From an uncultured Planctomycetia bacterium (GTDB taxonomy: Bacteria; Omnitrophota; Gorgyraeia; Pluralincolimonadales; Pluralincolimonadaceae): 64,000 nt of DNA. The notes beneath the pieces are model-generated. The model had not been told where the DNA came from. It saw nothing but the letters and a program-made list of their open reading frames with translations, and did not search any database. The stretch spans positions 13,858-77,857 of the forward strand of contig CAZYUB010000006.1 of the NCBI GenBank assembly GCA_964650515.1, in the 5' to 3' direction. The translations under genes were made by a program, and so were the position numbers. Below, one piece after another: positions 48,108 through 57,533 of the stretch. Position 1 is the first letter of the stretch, and each line of letters opens with the position of its first letter.

Positions 48108-48638
48108 TTGCCGGAAGCGGTCCAACGCATAAATTGGGTTGATGTCTTAACCGTAATCCTTTTGTTAAGAACATGTTATATCGGCGCTAAGACGGGCCTG
48201 TCTGAAGAGGTATTCAGGATAATCGGAGTTGTCTTCGCCCTGTATATTTCGATGAGTTTTTACTCTCCGCTCGGTAGCAGGATAAACTCGGGTTTCTCGC
48301 TGCCCCAGGAACTTGTCGACGGGGTTTCTTTTTTAATTCTAATTTTACTGTGTATGTTAAGTCTTAAGTTAGTCGCCCTCGGCGTGACTAAAGTCGTCAA
48401 GCTCGCGTTTGCCGACAAGATAAACCAGTGGGGCGGTTTCATATCGGGATTGCTGAGGGGCGCTATTCTCCTCAGTATGCTCTTTACGCTGTTCGGGATA
48501 TTGCAGGTGGATTACCTCGTTAAGTCGGTCGAAGAACGTTCCCTGACCGGCCCGTATATAAGCAGGATCGCGCCGTACGCATACCATGTCGTCGCAAGGA
48601 ACTCCCCCGAAGCTATAAAAATAGAAGAACAAAAATAA
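48108..48638 (+). CDS. cvpA: Colicin V production protein CvpA family membrane protein.
   Basis: INWVDVLTVILLL… is CvpA-like with 4 TM segments. An RBS AGGAGA at 48096-101 suggests a TTG start at 48108. The track ORF begins at GTG 48072. Confidence 0.7.
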   Translation: MPEAVQRINWVDVLTVILLLRTCYIGAKTGLSEEVFRIIGVVFALYISMSFYSPLGSRINSGFSLPQELVDGVSFLILILLCMLSLKLVALGVTKVVKLAFADKINQWGGFISGLLRGAILLSMLFTLFGILQVDYLVKSVEERSLTGPYISRIAPYAYHVVARNSPEAIKIEEQK

Positions 48639-48650
48639 CAGGAGGATGAA

Positions 48651-49610
48651 TTGAAATTATCGAAGATCTATGATCTCGTGGTAAGGGAAGGTATTGCCGC
48701 CGATCCGCGCGGAAAAGACGCGGTCGCGAAGGTCCTCTCGAAAGCCAGGAAAGATTACGAGGCGCTGAAAGAGAAGGATAAGCAGTATTTCGACAAGGAG
48801 AGGCTGCAGAACCCTTACGCGGACACGAGGATACTGTACGGCAGCGGTTCGACGGAGGTCAAGCGGATAATCGTCGGCGTCGATATGGAAGTGGGCGAGG
48901 TCGTGCTGGCCGACAGGCTCAGGCAGAAAGGCATGAAGATAGACCTCGTGCTGGCGCACCACCCGGAAGGCCGCGCTTGGGCGAATTTCTATGAGGTCAT
49001 GAATATGCAGCCGGACATATGGGCGAAGTTCGGCGTGCCTATAAATGTCGCGGAAGGGATAATGAAGGACAGGGTAAAGGAGGTCGAGCGCAGGGTCATG
49101 CCGGCCAACCATACCCGCACGGTCGATGCCGCGAGGTTGCTCGACATCCCGATGATGTGCGCGCACACCGTTGCGGACAACCATGTCGTCTCGTATCTGC
49201 AGAAGCTTATGGACTCGAAGGCCCCGGATACGGTCGCCGAGGTCATAGACATACTTAAGGATATACCCGAATACCAGCAGGCTATGAAGGTCAATGCCGG
49301 GCCGCGCGTGTTCTTCGGGGATCCGAAAAATAGCGCGGGCAAGGTCTTTGTCGACATGACCGGCGGGACAGAAGGCCCGACGAACATGTTCGAGAAACTC
49401 GAAAACGCCGGGGTCGGGACGATCGTCGCGATGCACCTCGGTGAGGACCACCTGAAGAACGCGCAGAAGGGCCACCTGAACGTGGTCATCGCGGGGCACA
49501 TATCGAGCGACAACCTCGGCCTGAACCTGCTTTTCGACAAGCTCGCGAAAGAGGAGAAGCTTGAGTTCATCGGCTGTTCGGGTTTCGAAAGGGTAAGCCG
49601 CGGCAAATAA
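48651..49610 (+). CDS. Nif3-like (DUF34/GTP cyclohydrolase 1 type 2 homolog) dinuclear-metal protein.
   Basis: …EVKRIIVGVDMEVGEVVLADRLRQKGMKIDLVLAHHPEG… and a C-terminal VVIAGHISSD match Nif3 metal-site motifs. Confidence 0.6.
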   Translation: MKLSKIYDLVVREGIAADPRGKDAVAKVLSKARKDYEALKEKDKQYFDKERLQNPYADTRILYGSGSTEVKRIIVGVDMEVGEVVLADRLRQKGMKIDLVLAHHPEGRAWANFYEVMNMQPDIWAKFGVPINVAEGIMKDRVKEVERRVMPANHTRTVDAARLLDIPMMCAHTVADNHVVSYLQKLMDSKAPDTVAEVIDILKDIPEYQQAMKVNAGPRVFFGDPKNSAGKVFVDMTGGTEGPTNMFEKLENAGVGTIVAMHLGEDHLKNAQKGHLNVVIAGHISSDNLGLNLLFDKLAKEEKLEFIGCSGFERVSRGK

Positions 49611-51382
49611 TGGCGTTTTCGGAACAGGTACTAGAAGAGATACAGAGCAAGTCCGATATCGTCGAGATCATCGGAAGCTACATACCGCTCAGGCGCGCCG
49701 GAAGGAATTATAAGGCGAACTGCCCGTTCCACAAGGAAAAGACCCCGTCGTTCATGATAAGCCCCGCGAAACAGATCTTCCATTGTTTCGGGTGCGGCGC
49801 CGGGGGCAACGTCTTCGGGTTCGTGATGAAGATGGAGAACATCGACTTCCCGGAGGCGGTAAGGACCCTGGCGGAAAAAGCCGGGGTGAAGCTTCCGAGC
49901 TTCACGCGCAGCCAGTTCGAGACGAGCAGTTACGCGGTTCAGATATACAAGACGAACGAGATGGCCGCGGCATATTACCGTTCGATGTTGTTGAACACGG
50001 ATGCCGGGAAACGCGCCGCGGCGTACCTGAAAAGCCGCGGCATAAGCGAAGAGGCCGCGCAGAAGGCGAGCCTCGGGTTCGCGCCGGACGAATGGAGCGG
50101 GCTCATAAACTACGCGAAGGGCAAGGGCGTAGACATTGCGGTGCTCGAGCGTTCGGGCCTCGTCGTCCCGAAGGAGGGAGGCGGGCACTACGACAGGTTC
50201 AGGAACAAGATAATCTTCCCGATATTTGACATAAAGGACAGGGTAGTCGCTTTCGGCGCAAGGGTGCTGGACAACTCGGTCCCGAAATACATAAATTCCC
50301 CCGAGACGGAGGTCTATATAAAGAGCAGGCACCTCTACGGCCTTAACTTCTCGGTCAAGGAGGTAAAGGAGAAGGACCTCTGCGTGATAGTGGAGGGCTA
50401 TCTCGATTTCCTCGTGCCCTACGATATGGGCGCCGGGAATATCGCGGCTTCCCTCGGGACGAGCCTCACGGACTCGCAGGCGAGGCTTATCAAAAGATAT
50501 ACGAAGAACGTGGTAATGCTCTATGACGGGGATTCGGCGGGCGAAGCGGCGTCCCTGCGCGGGCTTGATGTTTTCCTTGAGGAGAACGTCAACGTGAAGG
50601 TCGCGGTCCTGCCGAAGGGCTTGGACCCGGATTCTTTCATAAGGAGCAAGGGGCTTAAGGCGTTCGAAGAGCTCATATCGTCGGCTTCGGACCTGTTCGA
50701 TTATAAGCTCGGGATATTGTCGTCGAGATACGACAGCCGCATATCATCGGGCAAGGCGAAGATATGCTCCGAGATGCTGCCGACGATAGCGAAGGTCTCC
50801 GACGCGGTCTTGAAGTTCGAGTTCATCAGGCGGTTGTCGGAGAAGCTCCAGATACGGGAGGAGGCGCTCCTTTCGGAGATCAAGAAGGTCAAGCCCCAGG
50901 GCCGCGGATACGAACTCCCGGAGGAGTTCGCCTCGGAGGGCAGGCCGCAGGCCGCGATGGCCGAGAAGATAATAGTCGGGCTAATGCTCGAGGACCCGGA
51001 CGTCATAGCCGAGGTAAAGGGGAAGCTGAAACCCTCGGACTTCGAGGACGGGCCGGCCAGGAAGGTCGTAGAGGAGATATTCGCGAATTACGGCGACGGG
51101 AAGTCGTTCAACCCTTCCCGGCTCATAAACAAATTGTCGGACCCGGAACTTACAAGGCTCATTGCGGAGTCGACGAGCCTTATCGAGGATATAAAGGACA
51201 AGCAGAAGAACCTCGAGGACTGCATCAGGTGGATGGCGGCCAAGCACGCGAAAGCGAGGCTCGCGGAATTGCAGAACCTCATTAAGGCGGCCCAGGTAAT
51301 GGGCGACGAAGGCAAGGTGAACCAGCTCGTCGCCGAATACAGCGGCCTGATAAAATACCAGAAAGAATTTGCCAGGAGATGA
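49610..51382 (+). CDS. dnaG: DNA primase.
   Basis: Zinc finger [11 protein letters not shown]…CFGCG, TOPRIM EGYLD, and DGD. Confidence 0.9.
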   Translation: MAFSEQVLEEIQSKSDIVEIIGSYIPLRRAGRNYKANCPFHKEKTPSFMISPAKQIFHCFGCGAGGNVFGFVMKMENIDFPEAVRTLAEKAGVKLPSFTRSQFETSSYAVQIYKTNEMAAAYYRSMLLNTDAGKRAAAYLKSRGISEEAAQKASLGFAPDEWSGLINYAKGKGVDIAVLERSGLVVPKEGGGHYDRFRNKIIFPIFDIKDRVVAFGARVLDNSVPKYINSPETEVYIKSRHLYGLNFSVKEVKEKDLCVIVEGYLDFLVPYDMGAGNIAASLGTSLTDSQARLIKRYTKNVVMLYDGDSAGEAASLRGLDVFLEENVNVKVAVLPKGLDPDSFIRSKGLKAFEELISSASDLFDYKLGILSSRYDSRISSGKAKICSEMLPTIAKVSDAVLKFEFIRRLSEKLQIREEALLSEIKKVKPQGRGYELPEEFASEGRPQAAMAEKIIVGLMLEDPDVIAEVKGKLKPSDFEDGPARKVVEEIFANYGDGKSFNPSRLINKLSDPELTRLIAESTSLIEDIKDKQKNLEDCIRWMAAKHAKARLAELQNLIKAAQVMGDEGKVNQLVAEYSGLIKYQKEFARR

Positions 51383-52974
51383 CCGCAGTGAAGAAGACCG
51401 ACATAAGGAAAAGGATAAAGGGCCTTGAGAAGCTCATTGCCCTCGGCAAGGAGAAGGGCCACCTCACTTTCGAAGAGGTGAACAACCTGCTGCCCGAGGA
51501 AGTGACTTCTTCCGAGGATATCGACGAGATATTCGCGGTCCTCGACAAGGAGAAGATCGAGATAATCGACTCCGAAGAGGAGAAGGAACTCAAGGAAGAG
51601 GCGATGGAGGAGGAGAAGGAAGAGCACCATAAGCACGAGGCAGAGGCAGAGGAGCTCCCCCGCATGGCCGTGATGGAAGACCCTGTTCGTATGTACCTTA
51701 AGCAGATGGGGCAGATCTCGCTCTTGACGCGCGAGCAGGAGCTCGAGCTCGCGAAAAAGATAAAAGAGGCGGAGTTCAGGTTCCGCGAAGCGGTCTTCGA
51801 GTGCAAGTTCTGCAGGAGGGAGATCCTCCAGCTAGTAAACGATATCCTCGCGAGGCAGGTCAACATAGACGAGGTCGTAGACATAGACCCGACCGAGAAG
51901 ATAGAAAAGGTCGTGAAGAAGATGCAGCGCCTGACCAAGAGGCTGCGCGGCGCAAAGAAGACGACGAACCTCGTGCCGCTGCTGATGGAATTCAGGTTCT
52001 CGACTTCCGTTGTCGAAGACCTTTCGAACATGATGAAATACCTCGTCGCCGACATCGAGAAGATAGACAGGGACGTCGTCAGGTTAAGGGGCAGGGCGCC
52101 GAGGGGCCACATCTCCGGGATCAAGGAGAGGAAGCGCAAGATACTCCGCGATTTCGGCGAACCGCTGCTGAAGATAAAGGACAGGTTAGCTTACGTAAGG
52201 CGCCGCGAAAGGCAGTTCGAGAGCGCGCAGAAGAAACTCGTCGAGGCGAACCTAAGGCTTGTCGTATCGATCGCGAAGAAATACACGAACAGGGGCCTCT
52301 CGTTCCTCGACCTCATCCAGGAAGGCAATATCGGCCTGATGCGCGCGGTCGACAAGTTCGAATACGAGCGCGGATATAAATTTTCGACATACGCGACCTG
52401 GTGGATAAGGCAGGCGATAACCCGCGCCATTGCGGACCAGGCGCGCACTATCAGGATCCCGGTCCACATGACCGAGACGATAAACAAGCTCATACGCGTA
52501 TCGCGCAACCTCGTGCAGGAGACAGGCCGCGAACCGCTGCCCGAGGAGATCGCGCACGAGATGAGGATGGCGACCGAGAAGGTGCGCGGTATCCTTAAGA
52601 TAGCGCAGGAACCTATATCCCTGCAGACGCCGGTCGGCGACGAGGGAGATACGCATTTCGGCGATTTCATCGAAGACAAACGCGCTGTATCGCCGGCGAA
52701 CGCGACCGCATATTCGATGCTCAAGGAACAGCTCGAGGACGTACTGACCACGCTGACCGAAAGGGAGAAGAAGGTGTTGAAGCTGCGTTTCGGCATCGGC
52801 GACGGCTGCCCGAGGACGCTCGAAGAGGTCGGTTCGATATTCAATGTCACGAGGGAGAGGGTAAGGCAGATAGAAGCTAAGGCCCTGCGCAAGCTGCGCC
52901 ATCCGATACGCTCGAAGAAGCTCAAGACCTTCCTCGAGATGGGATTGGGCCTGGGAGAGGAGAGCGGGACTTAA
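51379..52974 (+). CDS. rpoD: RNA polymerase sigma factor RpoD (sigma70).
   Basis: Region 1.1, the acidic insert, the region 2 motif [10 protein letters not shown], and a region 4 HTH. Confidence 0.9.
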   Translation: MTAVKKTDIRKRIKGLEKLIALGKEKGHLTFEEVNNLLPEEVTSSEDIDEIFAVLDKEKIEIIDSEEEKELKEEAMEEEKEEHHKHEAEAEELPRMAVMEDPVRMYLKQMGQISLLTREQELELAKKIKEAEFRFREAVFECKFCRREILQLVNDILARQVNIDEVVDIDPTEKIEKVVKKMQRLTKRLRGAKKTTNLVPLLMEFRFSTSVVEDLSNMMKYLVADIEKIDRDVVRLRGRAPRGHISGIKERKRKILRDFGEPLLKIKDRLAYVRRRERQFESAQKKLVEANLRLVVSIAKKYTNRGLSFLDLIQEGNIGLMRAVDKFEYERGYKFSTYATWWIRQAITRAIADQARTIRIPVHMTETINKLIRVSRNLVQETGREPLPEEIAHEMRMATEKVRGILKIAQEPISLQTPVGDEGDTHFGDFIEDKRAVSPANATAYSMLKEQLEDVLTTLTEREKKVLKLRFGIGDGCPRTLEEVGSIFNVTRERVRQIEAKALRKLRHPIRSKKLKTFLEMGLGLGEESGT

Positions 52975-52983
52975 GGAGGATTC

Positions 52984-53913
52984 GTGAGATCGCTTGAATA
53001 CGCAGCGGTTCTGATTGCTGTCGCTTTCGCATATATATTATTCAATTTCGGGATCCGCGCCAACAAGTATAAAAAGGCCGGGTCCCGAAATCTTTTTATG
53101 GGTACGCTTTTCGTTGCGCTTGGCCTGTTGTCCTGCGGGACTGCGTCCGGAGCGGCGCAACCGGCTCAGGCCGTTCGGTCGGAGAAAGAGGCGCAGAGGC
53201 CGTTAAAGGAGCTTTTTGCTACGGAGCAATGGAAGCAATTCGGGGATTTTTGGAAAAAACTGGATGCCCTGGAGCCGAAACGCGGCAAGTATGAGGAGTC
53301 CATATCCGCTGAGCAGCAAAAGTCCCTGAGAGCGGAGATGGAGGAAAGGATAACGGGCCTCAGCGGACTGGACGGAAAGCTTATATCTGCCGGACAGATC
53401 GACCTTCTGAGGCGCATCTGCAGCGAGAGGATAGATATCTATTCGTTTGATATGACGATGTTGTCCCGCATGATGCCGCCGCCTTCCGTCGGCATTAATA
53501 AGATGCTGCTTGTCGATATCGAATCCAGGATAGACAAGCTTTCGGAGCTGAAGAAGAAAGGTAAGGTCAGCGAGGCCGAGTTCGGGGAGGCGCTGTCGAA
53601 CATACAGCAGGATATCGAAGCGGTCTGCGCGATAAGCATAATCAGGTCGAAGTACGGGCCCAGCTATCGCCTAAGAAAGCCGGTCGCTTTCTCCGGGGAC
53701 GCCGGCAAAATGACGGACGAAGCCGTTGAAGCTTTTGAGAAGGATTATGCCGATTCCGAAGCTAAGCGTAAGCAGCAGGAAGAGACGGCGGACCAGCGCG
53801 CGCACTATGAAAGGCTGGCCGTTCAGTACCGCGAGACGAAGAACGCGATCGAGCAATTGAGGTCTGATAGATCCCGCCTATACGGGATGATCTCCGATCT
53901 GGAGAATGACTAA
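52984..53913 (+). CDS. Hypothetical lipoprotein. An internal start at 53098 gives MGTLFVALGLLSCG, a classic lipobox.
   Basis: ORF 52984..53913. Lipobox LLSC. The rest is low-complexity and coiled-coil. Confidence 0.5.
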   Translation: MRSLEYAAVLIAVAFAYILFNFGIRANKYKKAGSRNLFMGTLFVALGLLSCGTASGAAQPAQAVRSEKEAQRPLKELFATEQWKQFGDFWKKLDALEPKRGKYEESISAEQQKSLRAEMEERITGLSGLDGKLISAGQIDLLRRICSERIDIYSFDMTMLSRMMPPPSVGINKMLLVDIESRIDKLSELKKKGKVSEAEFGEALSNIQQDIEAVCAISIIRSKYGPSYRLRKPVAFSGDAGKMTDEAVEAFEKDYADSEAKRKQQEETADQRAHYERLAVQYRETKNAIEQLRSDRSRLYGMISDLEND

Positions 53914-54838
53914 ACCCTTCTTCATATACGAAATAACCCCGCGTTGCAACCGCGACTGCGTATACTGTTATAATGTCTGGAAGGAATCCCCTGATTATCC
54001 GACGAATGAGCTCTCCGTTCCGCAGATCAAGGCGCTATTCGACAAGGTCCTGTCAGATGTCAGGCCGTCCGGAGTCACCTTGACCGGCGGTGAACCCTTG
54101 TTACACGAAGGCATCTTCGAGGTCGCATCGTACCTTGATTCAAAGGGGGTCCGGCTCGGTATCGCGACGAATGGCTCACTGCTTGATGATGCGGCGGTCC
54201 GTTCGCTCATCGGCCGCGGCGTAAAATATTTCGAGGTCTCCCTGCCGCGCGCGGATGAGCCGGGCGCAAGGAAAGCCGTACTTTCGGTCAAGAAGCATAA
54301 AGCCGTGCTTAACGTTTCAGTCGTCGTGACCGGGCAGAACAAAACCGAGATAGCGGATATAATAGATCTCGCGTTCGCCTTTTCGGCGGACTCCGTCTCG
54401 CTTAACAGGTTCGTGCCGGGCGGCCGCGGATTGTCGAACATCCCCGCATGTATGATAAGCGACAAGGAACTCGCCGGGGTATTATACGTGGCGGACAAGA
54501 AGGCCGGCGAGCTGGGCCTTCAGGTGAACGTCACTGTCCCCGTGGAGGATTGCCTGATAAACCACGGTGATTACAGGCACCTGAACTTCGGGACCTGCAC
54601 GTGCGGTGAATGGAAATGGGTCATCGATCCTTCCGGCAATCTCAGGACATGTGAACAGAACCCTGAAATATTGGGAAATCTATTTGAGAAAAGGTTCCGG
54701 GAGCTTGCGGCATCGGGGAAAGTGTCCGCGTTCCGGGACAGGGGACTGAACCGCGGATGCGATGATTGTGCAAGAAGAGATGAATGCGGCGGCGGATGCA
54801 GGATCCTGCACGCGCGCGAAAAGGTCATGAAGATATGA
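53906..54838 (+). CDS. Radical SAM enzyme with a C-terminal SPASM/twitch Cys cluster.
   Basis: The radical SAM CxxxCxxC motif (CNRDCVYC) near the N-terminus. C-terminal CTCGEW…C…GCDDCARRDECGGGC. Confidence 0.75.
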   Translation: MTKPFFIYEITPRCNRDCVYCYNVWKESPDYPTNELSVPQIKALFDKVLSDVRPSGVTLTGGEPLLHEGIFEVASYLDSKGVRLGIATNGSLLDDAAVRSLIGRGVKYFEVSLPRADEPGARKAVLSVKKHKAVLNVSVVVTGQNKTEIADIIDLAFAFSADSVSLNRFVPGGRGLSNIPACMISDKELAGVLYVADKKAGELGLQVNVTVPVEDCLINHGDYRHLNFGTCTCGEWKWVIDPSGNLRTCEQNPEILGNLFEKRFRELAASGKVSAFRDRGLNRGCDDCARRDECGGGCRILHAREKVMKI

Positions 54839-56139
54839 CGGTAAAGAAGTGGGTCGTAGCGAGGAGGATCGTCCAGGGCTGCTTCTTTGCCCTGTTCATA
54901 CTGCTTTTACTGCCCGTAGGGATCGACCCGCTGGTAACAGTATTCGTATCAATCAGCGAGAGGGTCTTGCTGCCTGGCCTATTATTGGCGGCGGCCATGC
55001 TTTTTCTGTCAACGGTCTTCGGCAGGTTCTTCTGCGGTTGGATCTGCCCGCTCGGTACGCTGCTAGATGTTTCCGGGACGTTTGCCCGTAAAGAGAGGGA
55101 ATCAGGCGAGAAGTTCAATGCCGCCGCGAGGAAAGGGAAGTTCGTTCTGCTTGCCGTTGTCGCCGCGGCGTCCGTTGCGGGGGTACAGATCGCATGGGTG
55201 CTCGATCCGCTCGGTATAGTCTCGCGCCTGGTCGGCACGTTCCCCGGTTCGCCGGCCATGCTCGCCGTACTGCTTGCCGTCTGTTCGACCGTATTCATAA
55301 GGAAGCGTTTCTGGTGCCGCGGCATCTGTCCGCTCGGGGCGCTCTACGCCATCACAGCAAAGATATCGCCTTTTGTGCGCAGGGTAAGGGATTGCGGCGA
55401 CTGCAAGGCCTGCGTTCCGCGCTGTAGGATGGGCGCTATACGCGATGACCTCAGTTATGCCAAGAGCGAATGTATCCTCTGCATGGACTGCATTTACGAC
55501 TGCCTGACGTCCGGGACAGATTTCGGGTTCGGCGACGGGAACAGCGAAGCGGTGGATCCGTCAAGAAGGGGCCTGCTGCTGCTGATATCTTCATCAGTAC
55601 TATTATCGGGTTTCGGCAGGTTCAGGTTTCCCGCGCGCGAGCGTGCGGTCATAAGGCCTCCGGCCGCCCTGCCGGAGGACGAGTTCGTCGACCGCTGTAT
55701 CAGGTGCGGAAACTGCATGAGGGTATGCATTACGAACGGCCTGCAGCCCGCGATTGGAGAATGCGGCGTTGCGGGTATATGGACACCGAAACTTGTTCCC
55801 GAGATAGGGTATTGCGAGTATAATTGTACGTTGTGCGGCAACACGTGCCCGACCGGCGCGATACGAAGGGTATCGCTCACGCAGAAGCATGATACGAAGC
55901 TCGGGCTCGCGGTGGTAGACCGCGTAAGGTGCATATCGTGGGCCGACGGGAAACAGTGCATGGTATGCGAGGAACACTGTCCCGTCCCGCGGAAAGCGAT
56001 CAAGGCGGCCGAGGAGACGGTCAACGGCAAGGTAATACGCAAACCGGTCGTCGACGGCAACCTCTGCGTCGGCTGCGGCATCTGCCAGAACAAATGCCCG
56101 GTGGGCCCGGTAAGGGCCATTAGGGTCAAGCCATTCTGA
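54835..56139 (+). CDS. Polytopic membrane protein with multiple 4Fe-4S ferredoxin motifs (NapH/MauN-like polyferredoxin).
   Basis: Several TM helices, a CGWICPLG motif, and at least four CxxCxxCxxxCP clusters. The ATG at 54835 overlaps the rSAM stop. Confidence 0.65.
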   Translation: MTVKKWVVARRIVQGCFFALFILLLLPVGIDPLVTVFVSISERVLLPGLLLAAAMLFLSTVFGRFFCGWICPLGTLLDVSGTFARKERESGEKFNAAARKGKFVLLAVVAAASVAGVQIAWVLDPLGIVSRLVGTFPGSPAMLAVLLAVCSTVFIRKRFWCRGICPLGALYAITAKISPFVRRVRDCGDCKACVPRCRMGAIRDDLSYAKSECILCMDCIYDCLTSGTDFGFGDGNSEAVDPSRRGLLLLISSSVLLSGFGRFRFPARERAVIRPPAALPEDEFVDRCIRCGNCMRVCITNGLQPAIGECGVAGIWTPKLVPEIGYCEYNCTLCGNTCPTGAIRRVSLTQKHDTKLGLAVVDRVRCISWADGKQCMVCEEHCPVPRKAIKAAEETVNGKVIRKPVVDGNLCVGCGICQNKCPVGPVRAIRVKPF

Positions 56140-56153
56140 AAGGAGAGCGACAA

Positions 56154-57275
56154 ATGTTCGGAAGGAGAGCGGCGCCGAGGGTCAAGTCATCCGATACGAT
56201 CTACGCTTACCTTAAGCGCGGGATAAGGGAAGGCGCTTCCGATATCCATTGGGAGCCGTACAGCGACGGCAGCAGGGAGAGCATAGTAATACGTTTCAGG
56301 GTAGACGGGATCCTGAAGGACGCGGGCAAACTCTCCAGCGAGGCGTTCTCGAGCACAGTCATAAACGCGATCAAGATAATGTCCGCAATGGACCCGACGA
56401 AGAAGCGCACCAACCAGGACGGGCGCTTCAATTTCACGCAGGACGGCACCGGATACGACGTCAGGGTCGCGATAATGCCGACGATATCCGGCGAGAAGGT
56501 CGTCATGAGGATAACGAACAGGGGCACATACTGCAAGAATATCTCCGAGCTCGGCATGGGCGGCGAAGCCCTGAAAAATTTCGAACAGATGATACACAGG
56601 CCGGAAGGTTTCGTGCTTATAACAGGCCCGTCCGGCGCCGGAAAGACGACGACGCTCTATTCGATACTGCAGAACGTCTACAGGCGCGAGATAAACATCT
56701 GCACTATCGAGGACCCGGTCGAGCTGCAGTTCGGCGGGATAAACCAGATACAGGTCAACTACGAGTACGGCATGACGTTCGTAACGGGTTTGCGCGCGAT
56801 AATGAGGCAGGACCCAAATATAGTCGCGGTGGGCGAGATAAGGGACCTCGAGACCGTCCGGATAGCGTTCCAGGCGTCGCTCGCGGGCTCCATGGTATTC
56901 TCGACCCTGCACGCGAGGGACGCGGTCAATACGGTAACGCGGCTAATGGACATGGGAGTCGAGCCGTTCTTCATAGCGACCGCGCTGACCGGCATAGTGT
57001 CGCAGCGGCTCATCCGCCTTACGTGCCGCGACTGCGCGGGCCAGGGCTGCAAACAATGCAACTTTACCGGGTTCAGGAAAAGGATAGGCGTCTTCGAAGT
57101 GCTCCGCATGAACGATCCCCTGAGGCAGTTGATATTGAAACGGCCGAATTTCGAGGAGCTGAAGGCCGCGGCGATAGGCCAGGGGATGGTGCCGTTCGCG
57201 TCGCTTATTGAGCCGATGATAAAGCAGGGCCTGACCACCTCAGAAGAGGTCAACAGGGTCCTCGCGCTGGAATAG
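56154..57275 (+). CDS. Type II/IV secretion-system ATPase (GspE/PilB family), short form lacking the N-terminal domains.
   Basis: Walker A GPSGAGKTTT, Asp box, His box, and the tetracysteine CRDC…CKQC. Confidence 0.75.
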   Translation: MFGRRAAPRVKSSDTIYAYLKRGIREGASDIHWEPYSDGSRESIVIRFRVDGILKDAGKLSSEAFSSTVINAIKIMSAMDPTKKRTNQDGRFNFTQDGTGYDVRVAIMPTISGEKVVMRITNRGTYCKNISELGMGGEALKNFEQMIHRPEGFVLITGPSGAGKTTTLYSILQNVYRREINICTIEDPVELQFGGINQIQVNYEYGMTFVTGLRAIMRQDPNIVAVGEIRDLETVRIAFQASLAGSMVFSTLHARDAVNTVTRLMDMGVEPFFIATALTGIVSQRLIRLTCRDCAGQGCKQCNFTGFRKRIGVFEVLRMNDPLRQLILKRPNFEELKAAAIGQGMVPFASLIEPMIKQGLTTSEEVNRVLALE

Positions 57276-57276
57276 G

Positions 57277-57305
57277 CCGCCCCGGAGCGGCGCGCGGCTT
57301 ATTTT
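57277..57305 (+). terminator. Possible intrinsic terminator (GC hairpin followed by TTATTTTA).
   Basis: GCCGC…GCGGC stem followed by a T-rich run immediately after the GspE-like stop. Confidence 0.3.
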
Positions 57306-57309
57306 AGGC

Positions 57310-57338
57310 TTGCTAAATCCGTCTTAAAATAGTATCAT
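57310..57338 (+). promoter_or_regulatory. Candidate promoter for the tRNA pair (TTGCTA-17-TATCAT).
   Basis: Correct spacing, ~12 bp upstream of the tRNA 5' end. Confidence 0.35.
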
Positions 57339-57350
57339 ATCTATCACTTT

Positions 57351-57427
57351 GGGCCCATAGCTCAGTTGGTTAGAGCAGCTGACTCATAATCAGCGGGTCA
57401 TAGGTTCAAGTCCTATTGGGCCCACCA
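57351..57427 (+). tRNA. tRNA with a CAT anticodon (elongator Met, or Ile2/lysidine type), with encoded CCA.
   Basis: Cloverleaf GGGCCCA/TGGGCCC acceptor stem, anticodon loop CTCATAA, TTCAAGT T-loop. G1:C72 excludes initiator tRNA. Confidence 0.8.
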
Positions 57428-57434
57428 AATTTCC

Positions 57435-57511
57435 GGGCGATTGGCTCAGTTGGTTAGAGCGCCACATTCACATTGTGGAGGTCAAAGGTTCGAATCCTTT
57501 ATCGCCCACCA
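57435..57511 (+). tRNA. tRNA-Val (anticodon CAC), with encoded CCA.
   Basis: GGGCGAT/ATCGCCC acceptor stem, anticodon loop TTCACAT, T-loop TTCGAAT. Confidence 0.8.
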
Positions 57512-57533
57512 TCTCACACCCCGGGAGCGCCAT

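Noticed and set aside
53906-54838. The radical SAM as a prokaryotic viperin-like antiviral enzyme.
   Set aside because: The N-terminal motif superficially resembles that of viperins. The Cys-rich C-terminal SPASM/twitch cluster points to the SPASM maturase family, and no nucleotide kinase partner is adjacent.
57441-57533. The 5' extension of the track ORF 57441..58268.
   Set aside because: It overlaps tRNA-Val (57435..57511). The in-frame ATG at 57534, just downstream of the tRNA, gives a sensible N-terminus (MQKINVEEQ…) for the coiled-coil zinc-ribbon protein.
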